Below, one piece after another: positions 26,049-41,109 of a DNA stretch of 64,000 bases. The stretch's first letter is position 1, and each line of letters starts with the position of its first letter. The stretch lies in contig OX597818.1 of NCBI GenBank assembly GCA_951406725.2, positions 109,988,001 to 110,052,000 on the forward strand. Reading direction: 5' to 3'. Made by a program: the position numbers and the translations under genes. The notes under the pieces are model-generated. The model did no database searches. It saw only the letters and a program-made list of their open reading frames with translations, and was not told the origin of the DNA. This stretch comes from Octopus vulgaris. Taxonomy: Eukaryota.

Positions 26049-26933
26049 ATGTATATGTATGAATAAGTGTGTCTCTGTCAGTGGGTCTATCTATACGTAT
26101 GTGTACACAGACACACACACATATATATAGATATACATATGTATGTATTATGTGAGTGTGTGCATGCGTGCTTGAATGTGTTTGAACGCGTAAATATGTG
26201 CTTAAGTGCGTGTATTTATTGATAATTAAACATTTCAAATTGTCTTAATCTTACGAAAGCTAATACTTATTAAACAGAATAATATAAAAACGATTGAATA
26301 TCAAAAACCAACAAAACCTATAAAAAATAATGTAATTTTATAATAAATACTTTAATTAAACAAAGAATATGAAAATCTATTATTTTGTTACTAATAATTT
26401 ATATTTGATAAAAACACGTAATTATTAAAATAATGATTAAAATATCGAAGTTAATGTAGAAGACAATAACCGTTGCATCAACAAAATACAGCAGGAGAAT
26501 AAATATAAAAACAATTAAATAAATAATAAAAATTGGGTTTATCATAATAAAAAAAGCGGTTCTGATTATGAAACTCTAAGAATAGACGTAATAGAACGTG
26601 GCTGAAAGAACGAGTCTTTGGATACAAACTTAAAGGATAAAAATTCTTACTGGCTTACATAAGATTTATCAATCTATAGGTGTATGTGCGTGTACGTGCA
26701 TATACGTGTGCGTTTATGTGTATGCGTGTGTGTATATGGTTGCGTTAAACTTCGTTCTTATCTCTGAGAAAAAGGGACTCAAAGATATGAAAGAAAATCT
26801 ATATTTATGGAATTTTAGACGGAGAAAACATGACAAATGCATTGATATAATAAACGGGGATCTATAATACGTGCAAGAAATAAATATTCAGAATGCATTG
26901 TACGGACGTGTATGCATGTATGTGTATGTATAG

Positions 26934-27032
<99 letters not shown>

Positions 27033-27039
27033 CATATAT

Positions 27040-27087
<48 letters not shown>

Positions 27088-27092
<5 letters not shown>

Positions 27093-27295
27093 ACGGGAAG
27101 GTTTACGAAAATAAACAAAAGACGAAGGCAGGTGGAGTACAAACAAACAAATGTATTAGTATGGCGCCGCTCAGGAATAGAAATAGAACAAGTCTTTTAC
27201 GTTTCGAGCCTACGCTCTTCGACAGAAAGATACACAGAAAAAAACAAGGAGAGAAAAAAAAATGCGTGTAGGAGCTAACCATCTAACATGGCGTT

Positions 27296-27297
<2 letters not shown>
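27088..27297 (-). mobile_element. Hammerhead-bearing repeat family H2 in (TA)n
   Basis: Homologous to 5312-5452 and 54403-54552; (TA)n on both sides. Confidence 0.8.
27193..27230 (-). ncRNA. Minimal type I hammerhead ribozyme, CUGUCGA variant
   Basis: Minus strand: UCUUU-CUGUCGA-A-GAGC guag GCUC-GAAA-CG-UA-AAAGA. Confidence 0.7.
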
Positions 27298-27330
<33 letters not shown>

Positions 27331-27438
27331 ATAAACTTACTTGGAAATGGATGCGTGGCGTTCAATCATATAACATAAATGATATATATATATATATATA
27401 TTTATATGCATATATACATACATTACATACATATATAT

Positions 27439-27490
<52 letters not shown>

Positions 27491-27511
27491 GTGTGTATGT
27501 GTGTGTGTGTG

Positions 27512-27544
<33 letters not shown>

Positions 27545-27589
27545 ATGGGTAAAGGACGTCACAAAATGTAAACAACATGAAATACGAAG

Positions 27590-28070
27590 ATAAATTTGCA
27601 ACTTCTAACAGCCTGCTTTGTAGAGGCTGACGAGCTCCTCAGACTGGCAGTCAGCTTAAGAAGATCGAAGCTGTCCACCATCTCATAGGTCGGAAAACTC
27701 ACCGCCACCAATGAGACAGAACTGAAGACAGTCCACCAGTCCAGTTTCAAACATCAGGATTGACAGCGGTTGGCAACAATCAAGCGGTTGGCAACAATCA
27801 AATTTACTTCGCCATAAAGAAGCATCTGGATGCTTCTGTGTAGTCTGAGGGAAAACATAAAAAAAAACTGAACAGAGAAGCGTTGTACTGATCGTTCTAC
27901 TGCATAATTCCGAAACATGGCTTACCAACCACCACTAACTACAATTCCTTGGGGGTTTATATTAACGCTGCCTCCACACAGTCCTCAATATCCACTGGAG
28001 TAATTTTATTACTAGCATTGATATCCTCGAACAAACAGCAATCACTTGCATCGAGGTTACGTTGCTTGAA
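27590..28070 (+). mobile_element. Decayed RTE-clade LINE RT C-terminal fragment
   Basis: LQLLTACFVEA...VVLIVLLHNSETWL...RCLHTVLNIHWSNFITSIDILEQ. Confidence 0.75.
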
Positions 28071-29419
28071 TATTTTGGTAATTTCTTCACTTTGGCTTCC
28101 TAAATTACAATTATTCTTGCCACTGTCAAGTTACAAAAGATTGGATCGTTTGATGAGCTTGTGCAGCATCCATGGATATTCTGTCCGTTAACTGGCGTCC
28201 AAGTCTTTACTTAGCCGTTGTTCTTGTTTGATGACAATATTTAGATTTATATTTTAATGCTGGAATCTCGAAATGGCATTGCAAACAAGAGGTGTCAATC
28301 GATCAGAATGTCCATGCTAACAAGATGATAACTGCGTTATGGTCCATAAGAAAAAAAATCAATTCTTTCTTTAAATAAATAACTAAGAAGCATAAGAATC
28401 CCATTGTTCTGAGAGAATTCTGACCAAACATAGAAACACACATCTCACTTCTTTCGGAAGCGGTAATAACTGAAATTTATAGGAAATGCGCATTCGAAAT
28501 AGCTTTGCAATTAGGATTTAGATTAGATGCTCTGAATAAAATAAGTATAGCATTCTATCAACTGTCAAACCCTCCTGAGATTTTCAAGCTTGCATCTTAA
28601 ATTGCTAACGACAGGAAATTTCTCAAACAAATTCACCCGATTGTTTATTTTAACGTCTAGAGTTCAGCTTCGGCAAATATTTCATGGAATTCTGTAGACG
28701 TAAGGAAACAAGCTCCGGCTAAGGACAAATATTGTTAGCATTTGGAAAGTTTCTCAGTTTCAAAAGAAGAAAATAAGAAATACCCACACCAAAAAAGAAA
28801 ACAAATCAAAGACAATAGAAAAATGATAAAAAGGATTTTGAGCAAAAACAGAAAAAAGAAAATAAGTGCGATTTATTACGTAATTCTGTAGTGTTGGATT
28901 TCTTTGAGCATCGCAAGGGTTTTGTCACACATTTGGAATTGAACAGTTTCATGGCCAGTTAGCATTTTCATCGGAAAGTTTGTGCAAATATTTGAGAAGA
29001 ATGGTTTAGTATTGTTGTAAGACGTCTGTGATTTATATTTGCAGCCTCCTTCTTATGGTATCATAAGATTTTGTGACTGGAAAAAGGCAACGATGATAGA
29101 TTTAAGAAAATAGAAAGGAAATCATATTACATCAGTAAAGAATGTTTTAATTGTTCTAGCTTAGATTACTTAGATTAGATAAAAAGAAATGAGATAGAGA
29201 GATAAAGAGAGTAAATGAAAGGAAGATGGTAAATAGTGAGAAACTTTTAGGAAGAAGAAGAATGAAATAGGCAGACATAAGTGATGAAAGAGAGCGAAGA
29301 GAGCAAACATATGTGAATGAAGACAGAGAAGGAAAAACAATTAGAGAGACAGAGGCAGAGAGAGAGATGGAGAGGGAGAGAAAGAGAGAGGGAGAGGGAG
29401 AGAAAGAGAGAGAGAGGGA

Positions 29420-29476
<57 letters not shown>

Positions 29477-30227
29477 CCGTTAAAGATGGTTGTCTTCGAT
29501 ATTTGTTGTCTCTTTAGAGTATAACTTGGATATTTTAGGAAAGTATCTCCTTTGAGTTTAGAAACTGGAAGATTCGATAAGTTTACACAAATAACGTCTG
29601 ATTCCTTATGAACAAACAACATTGAAACAATAGTTTTGAGAAGAGTGTTGGACTATTTTGGAAAATCTTTTCTCTGTGGTTACTTTGGCCATTATAATAT
29701 TTGACTAAATTAGAATATATCTGATCGAATTTTTGCTACCTTTTTCAGAAACTCTGTTACCTTCTCCCCAAATACGTGACGATGGCTAAGACAATATAAC
29801 ACACTGACACTGGACATTTCTATTTCTTTATGCAATATAAGAAAATATTGAATGGTAATTTCTTTCCGGGCGTTTCCCCCGTGTTTTTATTGAAGCTCAT
29901 ATTATTCCAAGTAGATGTTCACAAGAGGCAACAATAGCACCGATCTCATCAGCGTCGGAAGGCTTGCATCAATCATACCCACTTCCTCCACCCGTCACCA
30001 ACCTGTCAACTGATTTGCAAATAAAGAAAATATATATATAAATTAAAGATCTTCGGTTGAAAATATTACAAGTCATTACTCTGAATCGTACAAACTTAGA
30101 TTTATTTTTAAATTAGCATTTACACAAGCATAAATACATATAGCTTATACACACGCACAGACACAACACACACACACAGATACACATACGCACACATATT
30201 TTTGTATATATAATTCGAAATTATGTT

Positions 30228-30530
30228 GTTGTTTGTTCCTTCTCGAGGCACGCCTGGCTCATAAGGGCTAGTTTCCAGGTTTCCTTGGCCTATAGGTTCT
30301 CCACCTGGACGGAACACCGGTCCGTCACAGGTGAGCTGCAAGATGCAGGAGGAAAGAGTGAGAGAAAGTTGTGACGAAAGAGTCAGCAGAAGTTCGCCAT
30401 TATTTTCTGCCGGAGCCGCGTAGAGCTTAGGTGCTTCGCTCATAAACACACACATCACCCGGTCTGAGATTCGAACCCGCGATTCCTCGACCGCGAGTCC
30501 GCTGCTCTAACCACTAGGCCATGTGCCTCC
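30228..30530 (-). mobile_element. tRNA-derived SINE family E
   Basis: Head ggcacatggcctagtggttagagc...gggttcgaatc; homologous to 57232-57530. Confidence 0.9.
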
Positions 30531-31209
30531 AGAGTCCAAAATTATACAGAATCAAAAATACAGAGCTAGGTGATAGGACAACAATCAAGATGCATTAGGT
30601 TGGCGCTTTTTGACTTTTCGAGCCTGCGCTCTTCTAGAGGAAAGAAAAAAAAAACGGAAAGAGGAAAGAAAAAGAGAGAGAGAGATACGTAGAGGCACAT
30701 TTCTTTAATATGAATTTGAGCAACCTGACAAAAGTTTATTGCATTTCAGAAGTGTTCAAATAAAAGAATTTCCAATAGATACGACAACTTTTTAAAATCT
30801 AGAAATTGCCAAGTAGCGATAAACCCAGTTCTTTGTCACTTCACATGTTTATCGCAGAAATTATGCAGATGAGCCACCGCTAGAAGGTATGTCACAACAT
30901 ATTTTTAATTAGTGTTTGCGTTTCTTCGAGTGAAATTGTTAATTAATTAATTACTTAATTAACTAAAGTGGATTCCGTGTATCATTATCAGGAAAATACC
31001 TTTAGAAATCAAATGAAGTAATTAGAAAGCATAAATTACTGATTAATAACCGTAGGTTATCGATAATCATATTATAGTAGCAACATAATAGATGTTCAAT
31101 TTATTCAAGAGATTGTTGTTGCTGTCGATGGGAACAGCAGGAACTAAATTGATGTTTTAAAACACAGCTACCTCACCCCTCTCTCTCTCTCCCTCTCTCT
31201 CTCCCTCTC

Positions 31210-31261
<52 letters not shown>

Positions 31262-31263
31262 TC

Positions 31264-31296
<33 letters not shown>

Positions 31297-31440
31297 TCCT
31301 TCTCTTAGCCTTAGTCTCAACATATACATATTAATGTCAGTGTATGTATGAATGTATGTATGCATGTATCTATATACATACATAATCATACATATATACA
31401 TACATTCATACATACTTAAATACATACATACATACATACG

Positions 31441-31474
<34 letters not shown>

Positions 31475-32929
31475 CATACATACAAACATACTGCTATTTA
31501 GTCACATGCCTTCTCCAGTTTTAGAGATGCATTATTTGTTTTGTTTTCCCCCAAAGTGCTCAACGAATGTTCATATCATCAATTATTTGGCGCTATGACG
31601 TAAAATCAATCTAAAAAATGAAAGAATATAGCGACAGAGTCAATTTATGACACGTGATATAGAGGAAACATTCACAATCTTACTGCTTAGCAAGTCTGCT
31701 ATAACAAAAAGTTCTTTTTCGATGAATGTATCTCATATCAGGTGACATAAAATAAAAAGATGACATCCCTCCGTGGCAAGAAATAGAAAACTACTAATTC
31801 TGCTGCGTTAGTTATAAAACTCTTCGGAACTGAAAATTTTGCATGGATTCAGATGAAAATATTTGTCAAGGTAAAACTGCCTCAAAAGACACGAAATGAA
31901 CGGAATAATGAATCAGTCTTAGCAACGTAATTTCCACAAATATTTGTATAAATTACAAGTTATTTCGGGTTATGACTTGGAAATTATACGGTAATGGATT
32001 ATACGGATAGATTTAACTTCTGTTACAGGATATGAAGAAAATATACGTGAGACATCTTCACCTTGAAAACTCTCTCCAAGAGATCACTCATAGATGCTTA
32101 GAATTATTCCCATGTTAAAGTTTCTCACAACCTTCGCCAATTCTCTATATGATGTGTGGGTTGACTTTCAGCCGGTTTTTATGTCTAGCTGGTAATGTGA
32201 GGTCGTCGACAAACTTCTTAACGCGTAGTTCGGTCGAAATATTATCTTAAGAACTGTAGAATTTCATTTAGAATGTTTCTTGCCCAGGTCGCCGATGTAG
32301 GCACTAAATTACTGTAAAGTCATCGCACACATTGCCGGAAGCAATTAGCATGTGGTCATCGGAGTCCATTATAGGCCTAATTGTGGCTTAGTTGCCGCGT
32401 CGCACCAACGAGCGGCCTTTTCTCTCTTTATTTATTAGCTCTAACAATGCACTCTGTGTCTCACTGCGAAGAAATGTGGAGTGCCATTTTCAGGGCTAGC
32501 ATGAAGATGGCGATGTTTTTCTTATCAGCTCTTCTAATCTGATGTTTCACTTCCTTTAATGTACTTTCTCTCTAATGTTATTTATCAATTCTATTCTAAT
32601 AACTCTTGAGAGAGAAACTCACCACCGGTTGTTCTGTCAACCTCTACTTAAGTACTTCACTATTTCAGTTGTTGGGTTTCTGCCCCGAAGACGACATGTT
32701 CATTTGTCAGTAACTATTTGGGTTGACAAAGCAGATCACAAAGTCTAAACTGTGGGAAAACTAGTTTATATCTATTTTTTGGTCTTACAAATACTCAGTC
32801 TAGATAGAATATGGTTTTAATCTTGTGAAGCCTTTACCTTTTTCGAAAATTGTAGTCTCCTCTTGTGACGGCTTGGTTGGGGTTTTCGATTTTTGCTTCT
32901 GTTGTTTTTTTCTTCCGTTGCTGTTGAAT

Positions 32930-33130
32930 TTTAAGTGGTGTTTGTAGCATGGTTGGTGGAAACACTCTTACCTGAAGGTAAAAAGTGGTTTGTACTGCCG
33001 CATATATAACACCTGGCTCTCTGATATCCAGCACAGTACTCTCTTTTAGGCATTTGTTTTGTTAAATTTTTGTACGTATGATGCTTTATCTTTGGCAGAA
33101 TTAAGGCGATTTTGTTTCCTGACACCTATA
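32930..33130 (-). mobile_element. Possible gag-like zinc-knuckle remnant
   Basis: RCYICGSTNHFLPSG fits CX2CX4HX4(C>G); no further retroelement domains recognised nearby. Confidence 0.3.
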
Positions 33131-33479
33131 AGAAGTCGAACAAATTTAGAACAACATTTGTAGACGAATTATATCCAAATTCTAAATGGTGTCATGTGAA
33201 GAGGAGACGCAGCAAGGAGGAATAAGAAGAGAAATGGTAGAAAAACTACTCATCGATATTACAAACATGAGCTTCCGTCTTCTGCTTAAATATTGATTTT
33301 AAATTTTAGCACAAGGCCAGCATTTTCAAGGGAGGTGCTAAGTCGATTACATCGCCCCCCAGTACTCAACTGGTATTTATTTTATTGACCTCAGTACTCA
33401 ACAAACAAAATTTGGTTCTAAACGTACGAAGCGGTAAAAATATATGATTCAGTTTTAATAACTAAAATAACCAAAGTGG

Positions 33480-33910
33480 AACCTGAATAAACTTAGAACA
33501 AAGCAAAGGTAGGTTGATTATTACAAGGTGTATAAAAAACCACTCAAACAATTTTCTCTGAAAAAAGATGAAAAGAATAACAGACAAAAGTGAGAAATAA
33601 GCACCGAAGAAAAGTTTGGATGTAGGAACAGTAAAAATAAAATAAAATGAAAAATGTGTAGTTTAAAATATAATAATGACTACAGAGAAGTAGAAAGGAA
33701 ACCAATCAATACAAAAGCTAAAAATTCTGGAATAAAGGCAGAAACGGAAGGACTAAGTTTTAACTGCACAAAATCAATGTTTAGCTACAAAAATCTATGA
33801 AAATGAAATGAAAGAGCAAAAGAATTTACATCGACTGCAGACTGTGGAATCGATAGAAAGAAACAATCGAATACATGATTTCTGGCGGACCAGTCCTTGC
33901 AAAGACAATT
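33480..33910 (+). mobile_element. Highly decayed R4/Dong-type LINE fragment
   Basis: Frameshifted pieces LKNSGIKAETEGL / TAQNQCLATK / DCRLWNR*KETIEYMISG.PVLAK. Confidence 0.7.
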
Positions 33911-33946
33911 TCTCAACTAACTGGACCGGTTAAGCATACACGTGCA

Positions 33947-34875
<929 letters not shown>

Positions 34876-34883
34876 TTATATAA

Positions 34884-34924
<41 letters not shown>

Positions 34925-34955
34925 TAACACACACATATATATATATATATATATA

Positions 34956-34997
<42 letters not shown>

Positions 34998-35120
34998 TTA
35001 TATCGACTTCAAGTTTCACACTGCAAAATGGTGTAACTCTAATATATTGAACCTTTTGGCCTAATCTCGGGGCCCTGTTCTTCCCCTCCCCTCTTCCCTT
35101 CTTTTATTTTAAGCATTTGT

Positions 35121-35243
35121 ATTCACTCTGATGAAGCCCCATTTACTAGATCGAGTGTTATTATAAAGATGACAAATATTATTTTCGGAATTTTCTTTGT
35201 AAGCATCGACTGATATTGGCAGCCAAAACGGCCGTAAGAAATG
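35121..35243 (+). ncRNA. Decayed hammerhead-like motif
   Basis: CUGAUGA-agcc...gcc-AAAA (GAAA lost, plausibly by CpG decay)-CGGCCG-UA-ag. Confidence 0.35.
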
Positions 35244-35357
35244 TTGCGTCATGTTTTGTATTAAAAATATAATTAACCGATGTTGGTCTGTTTGATGATC
35301 AAAAGTTTTCTCCAATTTCTGCTTACTTAAATTATACACACACACACACACACACAG

Positions 35358-35388
<31 letters not shown>

Positions 35389-35408
35389 CATATATATATA
35401 TATATATA

Positions 35409-35721
35409 CTAACAATGCACCCCGGCGTTGCCTGGGTGTTATGACCTACAGCCACATTGTATTAATTGTTCTTTTCTTATGGTCAGAATCAGCACACGAG
35501 GTGTATGAAGCAAATAACTCTTCTTTATAAACATGTTTTTCGGTCATTTTCTTATGAACAACTCTGCAGTTTCCGTCTACCAAATTCAGTCATAAGTCTG
35601 TGGTTGGCCTAGGGCTATAGTAGAAAACACTTGCCCAAGGTACCATGCAGAGGGACTGAATGTGGAACCATGTGGTTGGGAAGCCAATTTCTCAGTCACA
35701 CATTCATTCTTGCACTTAATA

Positions 35722-35759
<38 letters not shown>

Positions 35760-36543
35760 CTTACATTTGTTGTTAAATCGAGTATTGTGTCCCACTGTGT
35801 CTCAAAGTTAGCAGTTCATCAAATAGAAATCTATAAAATAAATGCCAGATTGAAATACGCACTGAGGTCAGTATGATCAATTACTAAAGACTAAACCCAG
35901 TAAAATAATGTTTAAAGACTTAATGGCTTCAAATTTAAGGCAATGGATTACTAACCCCAAGGTAATGAGTTGAAAACTTCGTATTGAACTTCCATCCTTT
36001 ACGATAACACTATATGTACATCTCAGTGTACTTGACTTCCAGCAATTAACAATTGTAATTTGAAGTTGAATGGTTAGCAGTAAGAAAGATGTCCAGATTT
36101 CTTAAATTATTATTGTGCAAAATATTCTAGAGGTAACTCTGTGCTAAACAAAACACAGATAAACATATTTCCCATTAAAAGGTTATCTAAGAAATAATAT
36201 TAATAAAGTTGATGGTATATCTCCGTTATTTCCTTTATTGGTAAAACTCCACGTATTTTAAACATTTTCTCATTATGCTCTAAGACACAAAGATTGTTCT
36301 GGCAGAGTTGCCTCCCTTAGCTAAAATTGTGCGACCTGACCTCGTTTTCGAGGTTATTTTTGTAGTAAAAAAGAGTTATTATGCAAAAAAAAAAACCCCA
36401 AAAAAACTCATATTTCATTTGGTAGCGATAAGATTACTGAATCTTTTGATAACTCATACGTCAAAATCGGCAACTCAGTTTTCGAATCCATAAGGAACAT
36501 ACGGACACACATACACACACAAATTCTGTTTTATATATAGAGA
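35409..36543 (-). mobile_element. Non-autonomous Helitron with a nested SINE A head (35566-35700)
   Basis: Minus strand has a 5' TCTCTATATATAAAA start and a 3' hairpin (cccaggcaacgccgggg) followed by TTAG-t; same terminus type as 12565-12957. Pairing of the two ends is inferred. Confidence 0.6.
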
Positions 36544-37121
36544 TATAACCGGCATTTTACTTCTAACGGAGTAATGTGGACTAACTATATATATTATACT
36601 ATTATAGTATGTGTGTGTGTGTGTGTGTGTGTGCGTGTGAGTGTATGTGTGTGTGTGCACGTATGTATGTGTGTGTGTGTGTACAGAGTGAGAGATAGAG
36701 CGGAAAATGCACAGAGTGTTTTTATGAATATGGATTTAAAGTAAAAAAAAACGAAATGGAAATAGTCTTAATGTTGAAAAGGAGGTGAAAATATTTTTCA
36801 CAGTAAAGAGTGGTGAGTGAATATACTTATATTTTGGCTGTTCAATAAAAAGAAAGTATTCTTTTTATTTCAAGAGATTGTTGCAAGTTTTAACATTAAC
36901 AGAGAGAAAATTCCACAAAGGCGAAAATATTTCATTCTTCATATTAAAGATTATCACGTTCTTTATGATATGCGCAAATCTCCATCTCAAAGATATGTTT
37001 TCATAAAAAACAACCATATTTTCTACGAACTGGTTTTCGCTTGCCAGGATATTAATGAATATTCTGAATTGGTTTTCGGTTCTAGTGTTTTATTACATAC
37101 GGGATCCTGTTAGGTTACATA

Positions 37122-38005
37122 CAACGTGCGATCAAAAAGCATCTGATTTTAATTTTCCCCGCAAAAGCTAAGCCACATGGTAAAACCCTTTGAGTGAGAG
37201 GTGACGTTACACTTCTTGCGCATGCGTGAAAATCTCCGAGCTTGTACATGGCGTCAGTTCCAGGCTGTTACGCCTAGAGTACATGTATATATTGCGTCGT
37301 TGTCGGAATTTTCGTTTTCACCGAACGCATCGAGTAGAGTTATTGCATCAAGTTTTACGAAAAGCTGGATGTCACTGAAGTTCAAACCATCCAGAAGATT
37401 CAGCAAGCCTTTGCCGATGATATCATTGATAAAACTAAGCTCAAGGAGTGGTACAATCACTTCAAACATGGCTGTAACTCAGCGGAAAACGAGGCACAAT
37501 TAAGCAAGCCGAAAGGAAGAGCTGATTAAGAAAGTTTGGCGAATAGACATGGAAGACCGCCGTGAAACAATCCAGGAAATTGCTCACGAAGAGGGAAAAG
37601 CACAGGACCAGTGCATTCCATTTTAAGCGAGAACTTGTGCATGCAGGGAGTGTGGGCGAAATAATTCAAGTTTTCCTGAGCAAAAACGACACACCATTTG
37701 TTCGCCAGGCTCCCTATTCTCCCGGCTTGACACCGTGTTACTTCTGGCTCTTTTACAAACTGAGGACAACGCTGAAAGGGACGGGATTTGAATCGTGCGA
37801 GGAAATTATGCGAAGAGTGACGGAAGAGCTCCATATCATTTCAGAAAAGGCGTTCCAGAAATGTTACCAATACTGACAGAACCGCGGGGAGACGTGTATG
37901 AACTCCCAAGGGGAGTATTTTGAAGAGGATTAAATAAAATTTGTGAAAAGTATAAAATTGTTTGTTTTTATGTCCAATGGGCAGATACCTTTTGAACGTG
38001 CCTCG
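37122..38005 (+). mobile_element. Internally deleted mariner transposon
   Basis: TA-flanked TIRs (caacgtgcgatcaaaaagcatctg / cagataccttttgaacgtgcctcg); N-terminal YCIKFYEKL..IQQAF..KEWYNHFK; C-terminal APYSPGLTPCYFWLF...GEYFE. Confidence 0.9.
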
Positions 38006-39502
38006 TACGTACATACATACATACACACACACATACATGCATACATACACACATGCATACATACATACATACATACATACATACATACATACATAAACAC
38101 ATATATACATGCATACACACGCATACATACATTTATACATATATGCACGCACGCACACATGCATACATACATACATACATACGTACATACATACATACTT
38201 ATATAGATACATACATACATACATACATACATACATACATACATACATACATACATACATACATACATTACATACATAAGATGACAATGCAAAATTGCTT
38301 CGAAATCTCTAGTTTTTATATCCCGATTATCAAATTCGCACTTTATACCAACAATACATAAGATACGTTAAGAAACAGCAGAACACGAGTCTAGATAAAA
38401 CCCCAGCCAACGTTGTTGATTCAAAAGGATTGATGGTTGAACACACTGAAACGTACAAAATATCGAACTAATGAGCGAACTTCTAAGTGCTCCTTCTGCC
38501 ATTTAGTTTTACCTGTCAAATCTCTCTGACATCACAACCTACCGTTGTAAACAAGGACACATTGAATAAAATTGTAATTCTAGGTGTACTTTCTGATCAT
38601 AAGGGGAAATGGTCATGTCTGGAACGTCTGGAACTTTAATAACAACAACTGCAACTTAACTGAATTTAAGTCTCATCGATACATATCGATTTGATAAAAT
38701 CTAAAAATCTAGTTGATGATAACTTGAATTATCATAATCTATAGAACAGTTACTAGAATTCTCAAACGATTCGGGACTTTAGCGAAGGAGATTGATCGAA
38801 ATGAAACCATTAATATGAATTCAGTAACCTGTAGGAATTCACTTTGTCACCAAGTCAAATGCGACAAATATTTGAACGATAGCAAGCAAAATATCACTTA
38901 TTTTGAAATCCCGAAATGAATTTAAAAGGTTAAAAATAACACTTGACTGATAAAGAATTTACTTGACGAGAAATATAACTGCTGTGCTTTCAGTACCGGA
39001 ATATCAATCAGCGGCTCGCTATAATCCCGTATCTGTGCCAACAAAGTCTGGTTGTTCTCACGGCTGAGAGTTTCACAAGAAATAAATAATCCAAAAATTA
39101 TCTTCGCACACAAATTGACGCTGGAAAATAAATGAAGCCATTGAGAACGATTGATTCTCTAAGTTAGCATTGATTCCTTCAATGACGACAACGATCAAAC
39201 ACGAGGCTGACATGTTCCCAACTATAACTGATTGATAATAATAGTCTGTAAAACTGACAGATCGATAATCAATGATGTGAGTTGGCGACTTATACACATG
39301 GATTTGTATGGGGCAAAAAATGGTGCAATTGTATTGATAAATGTATGTGTAAGTGTACGCTTCCGCAGACAGACAATCATTGGTGTATAGAACATTTATC
39401 AATATATCATTATATGCGCGCGTGCGTGTGTTGTGTATGTGTGTGTGAGTCTGTGTGTGTGTGTGTGTGTGTGTATTTATATACATATATATATATACAT
39501 AC

Positions 39503-39554
<52 letters not shown>

Positions 39555-39593
39555 TATACTATACTATATATATACATATATGTATATACATAT

Positions 39594-39636
<43 letters not shown>

Positions 39637-39789
39637 GGGAGAAATTGTACAAAATGTATAAACAGATGATGAGTAAAGGACCGGTACAGTTTCGATTACC
39701 TATTGTTATCCCTAGATTTACTGCAGGAACTTCGTAGTGGCGGTTGGGGTAACAGTATTAATAAAATAGGAGATGGAATGTGTAATAGA

Positions 39790-39850
39790 TTTTATTGGGT
39801 ACAACATATGTTTCGACCCGTTCTAAGTCTCTTCGGGTACATCAATAAAA
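39790..39850 (-). ncRNA. Type I hammerhead ribozyme (U4C variant)
   Basis: Minus strand: uuuuauug-au-GUAC-CCGAAGA-GACUU agaac GGGUC-GAAA-CAUAUG-UU-GUAC-c-caauaaaa. Confidence 0.75.
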
Positions 39851-40070
39851 AGTCTCACTTGAGATTTCTTGAATCGGCTTACGCACCGCTATATGTCTAT
39901 CAAATTCGAGAATGAGTAAAAACAGAGAAAAATTATTGAAAAAAAAAATCAAATATGACCGTGAAAGTTATACATTCTAGTTTAGAGAAAATGACGTGAT
40001 GAGCTTCCGCTGTTGTAACTGTTAAGAGAAAGAAAGGAAATAGAATTTGAAAGGAAGATAATACTTAGAC

Positions 40071-40116
<46 letters not shown>

Positions 40117-40275
40117 GGGTGTGTGTGATTGTGTATAGAAGAATATATTAATAAAAGGAATTCCAACCTCGTCTGATTTTCACGTTTTATTTACAATCTT
40201 ATAATGATATAATATAAGATAATATAATATAATAAAATAAAATAAAATAATAGAATGTTAAATGTTCATTCTGAT

Positions 40276-40320
40276 TGAACTAATACTTTCATGCATTAAA
40301 ATCTGCAATCTTCAGGTTCA
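40276..40320 (-). ncRNA. Minimal type I hammerhead ribozyme (left arm)
   Basis: UGAAC-CUGAAGA-u-UGCA gauuuuaa UGCA-u-GAAA-GUAU-UA-GUUCA. Confidence 0.75.
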
Positions 40321-40940
40321 TGTAGTAGTGGTGACAGTCATGCTTCACAATTTTTGACTGTAGCGAGATGATTAAATCTGTGCCTTAAATTACACAGCCC
40401 AAGTGTGTAAATTACACAGCCCAAGTGTGTAAATTACACAGCCCAAGTAAAATCGAGAGGAAAATCAGAGAAAAGAATTTTATTGATAAATTCGAACCCA
40501 AGCTAAATAAGGAATAATAATAATACTTAGATAGCAAGAAAATTATCTTATTTAGGGTTAAAAGTTCTATTGCCACCACCATCACCACCAGCAACAATAA
40601 TTAAGGTACTAACAATGATGATGATGACAATTGAAATATAAAAATATAAAAATCTCTGACAAAGTCTATTTACAACATTTCTAAAAATAGCCCAACAATT
40701 GCTGCCTCGGTTAGGGTTAAGATACAGGACTCTTGACATGTTCAACAAAGCGTGACGCCTAAACCAATCAGCTCAACCAACCAATCAGCTTAAGTAATTG
40801 AGTGATACTACACACTGATTGGTCAGAATACAGTTTGCAAAACCTAGCAATCTGGAGCCTACACAGCTGTATTTAAGGCACAGATTTAATCATCTCGCAA
40901 CAGTCAAAAATTGTGAAGCATGACTGTCACCACTACTACA

Positions 40941-40985
40941 TGGACCTGAAGATTGCAGAATTTAATGCATGAAAGTATTAGTTCA
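40941..40985 (+). ncRNA. Minimal type I hammerhead ribozyme (right arm)
   Basis: UGGAC-CUGAAGA-u-UGCA gaauuuaa UGCA-u-GAAA-GUAU-UA-GUUCA. Confidence 0.75.
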
Positions 40986-41109
40986 ATCAGAATGAACATT
41001 TAACATTCTATTATTTTATTTTATTTTATTATATTATATTATCTTATATTATATCATTATAAGATTGTAAATAAAACGTGAAAATCAGACAAGGTTGGAA
41101 TTCCTTTCA

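Noticed and set aside
30440-30530. tRNA gene-like sequences here and at other SINE heads
   Set aside because: They continue into SINE bodies and lack an intact acceptor stem and terminator, so they are not tRNA genes.
32680-32725. Hammerhead-like CCGAAGA-cGACA/UGUC; similar weak cases near 8555, 11323, 48134 and 62412
   Set aside because: GAAA, stem III or stem I is missing, so these cannot be distinguished from chance.
40386-40447. Short direct repeats (also 7002-7046) as a CRISPR-like array
   Set aside because: They are head-to-tail tandem units without spacers, in a eukaryotic context with no cas genes.
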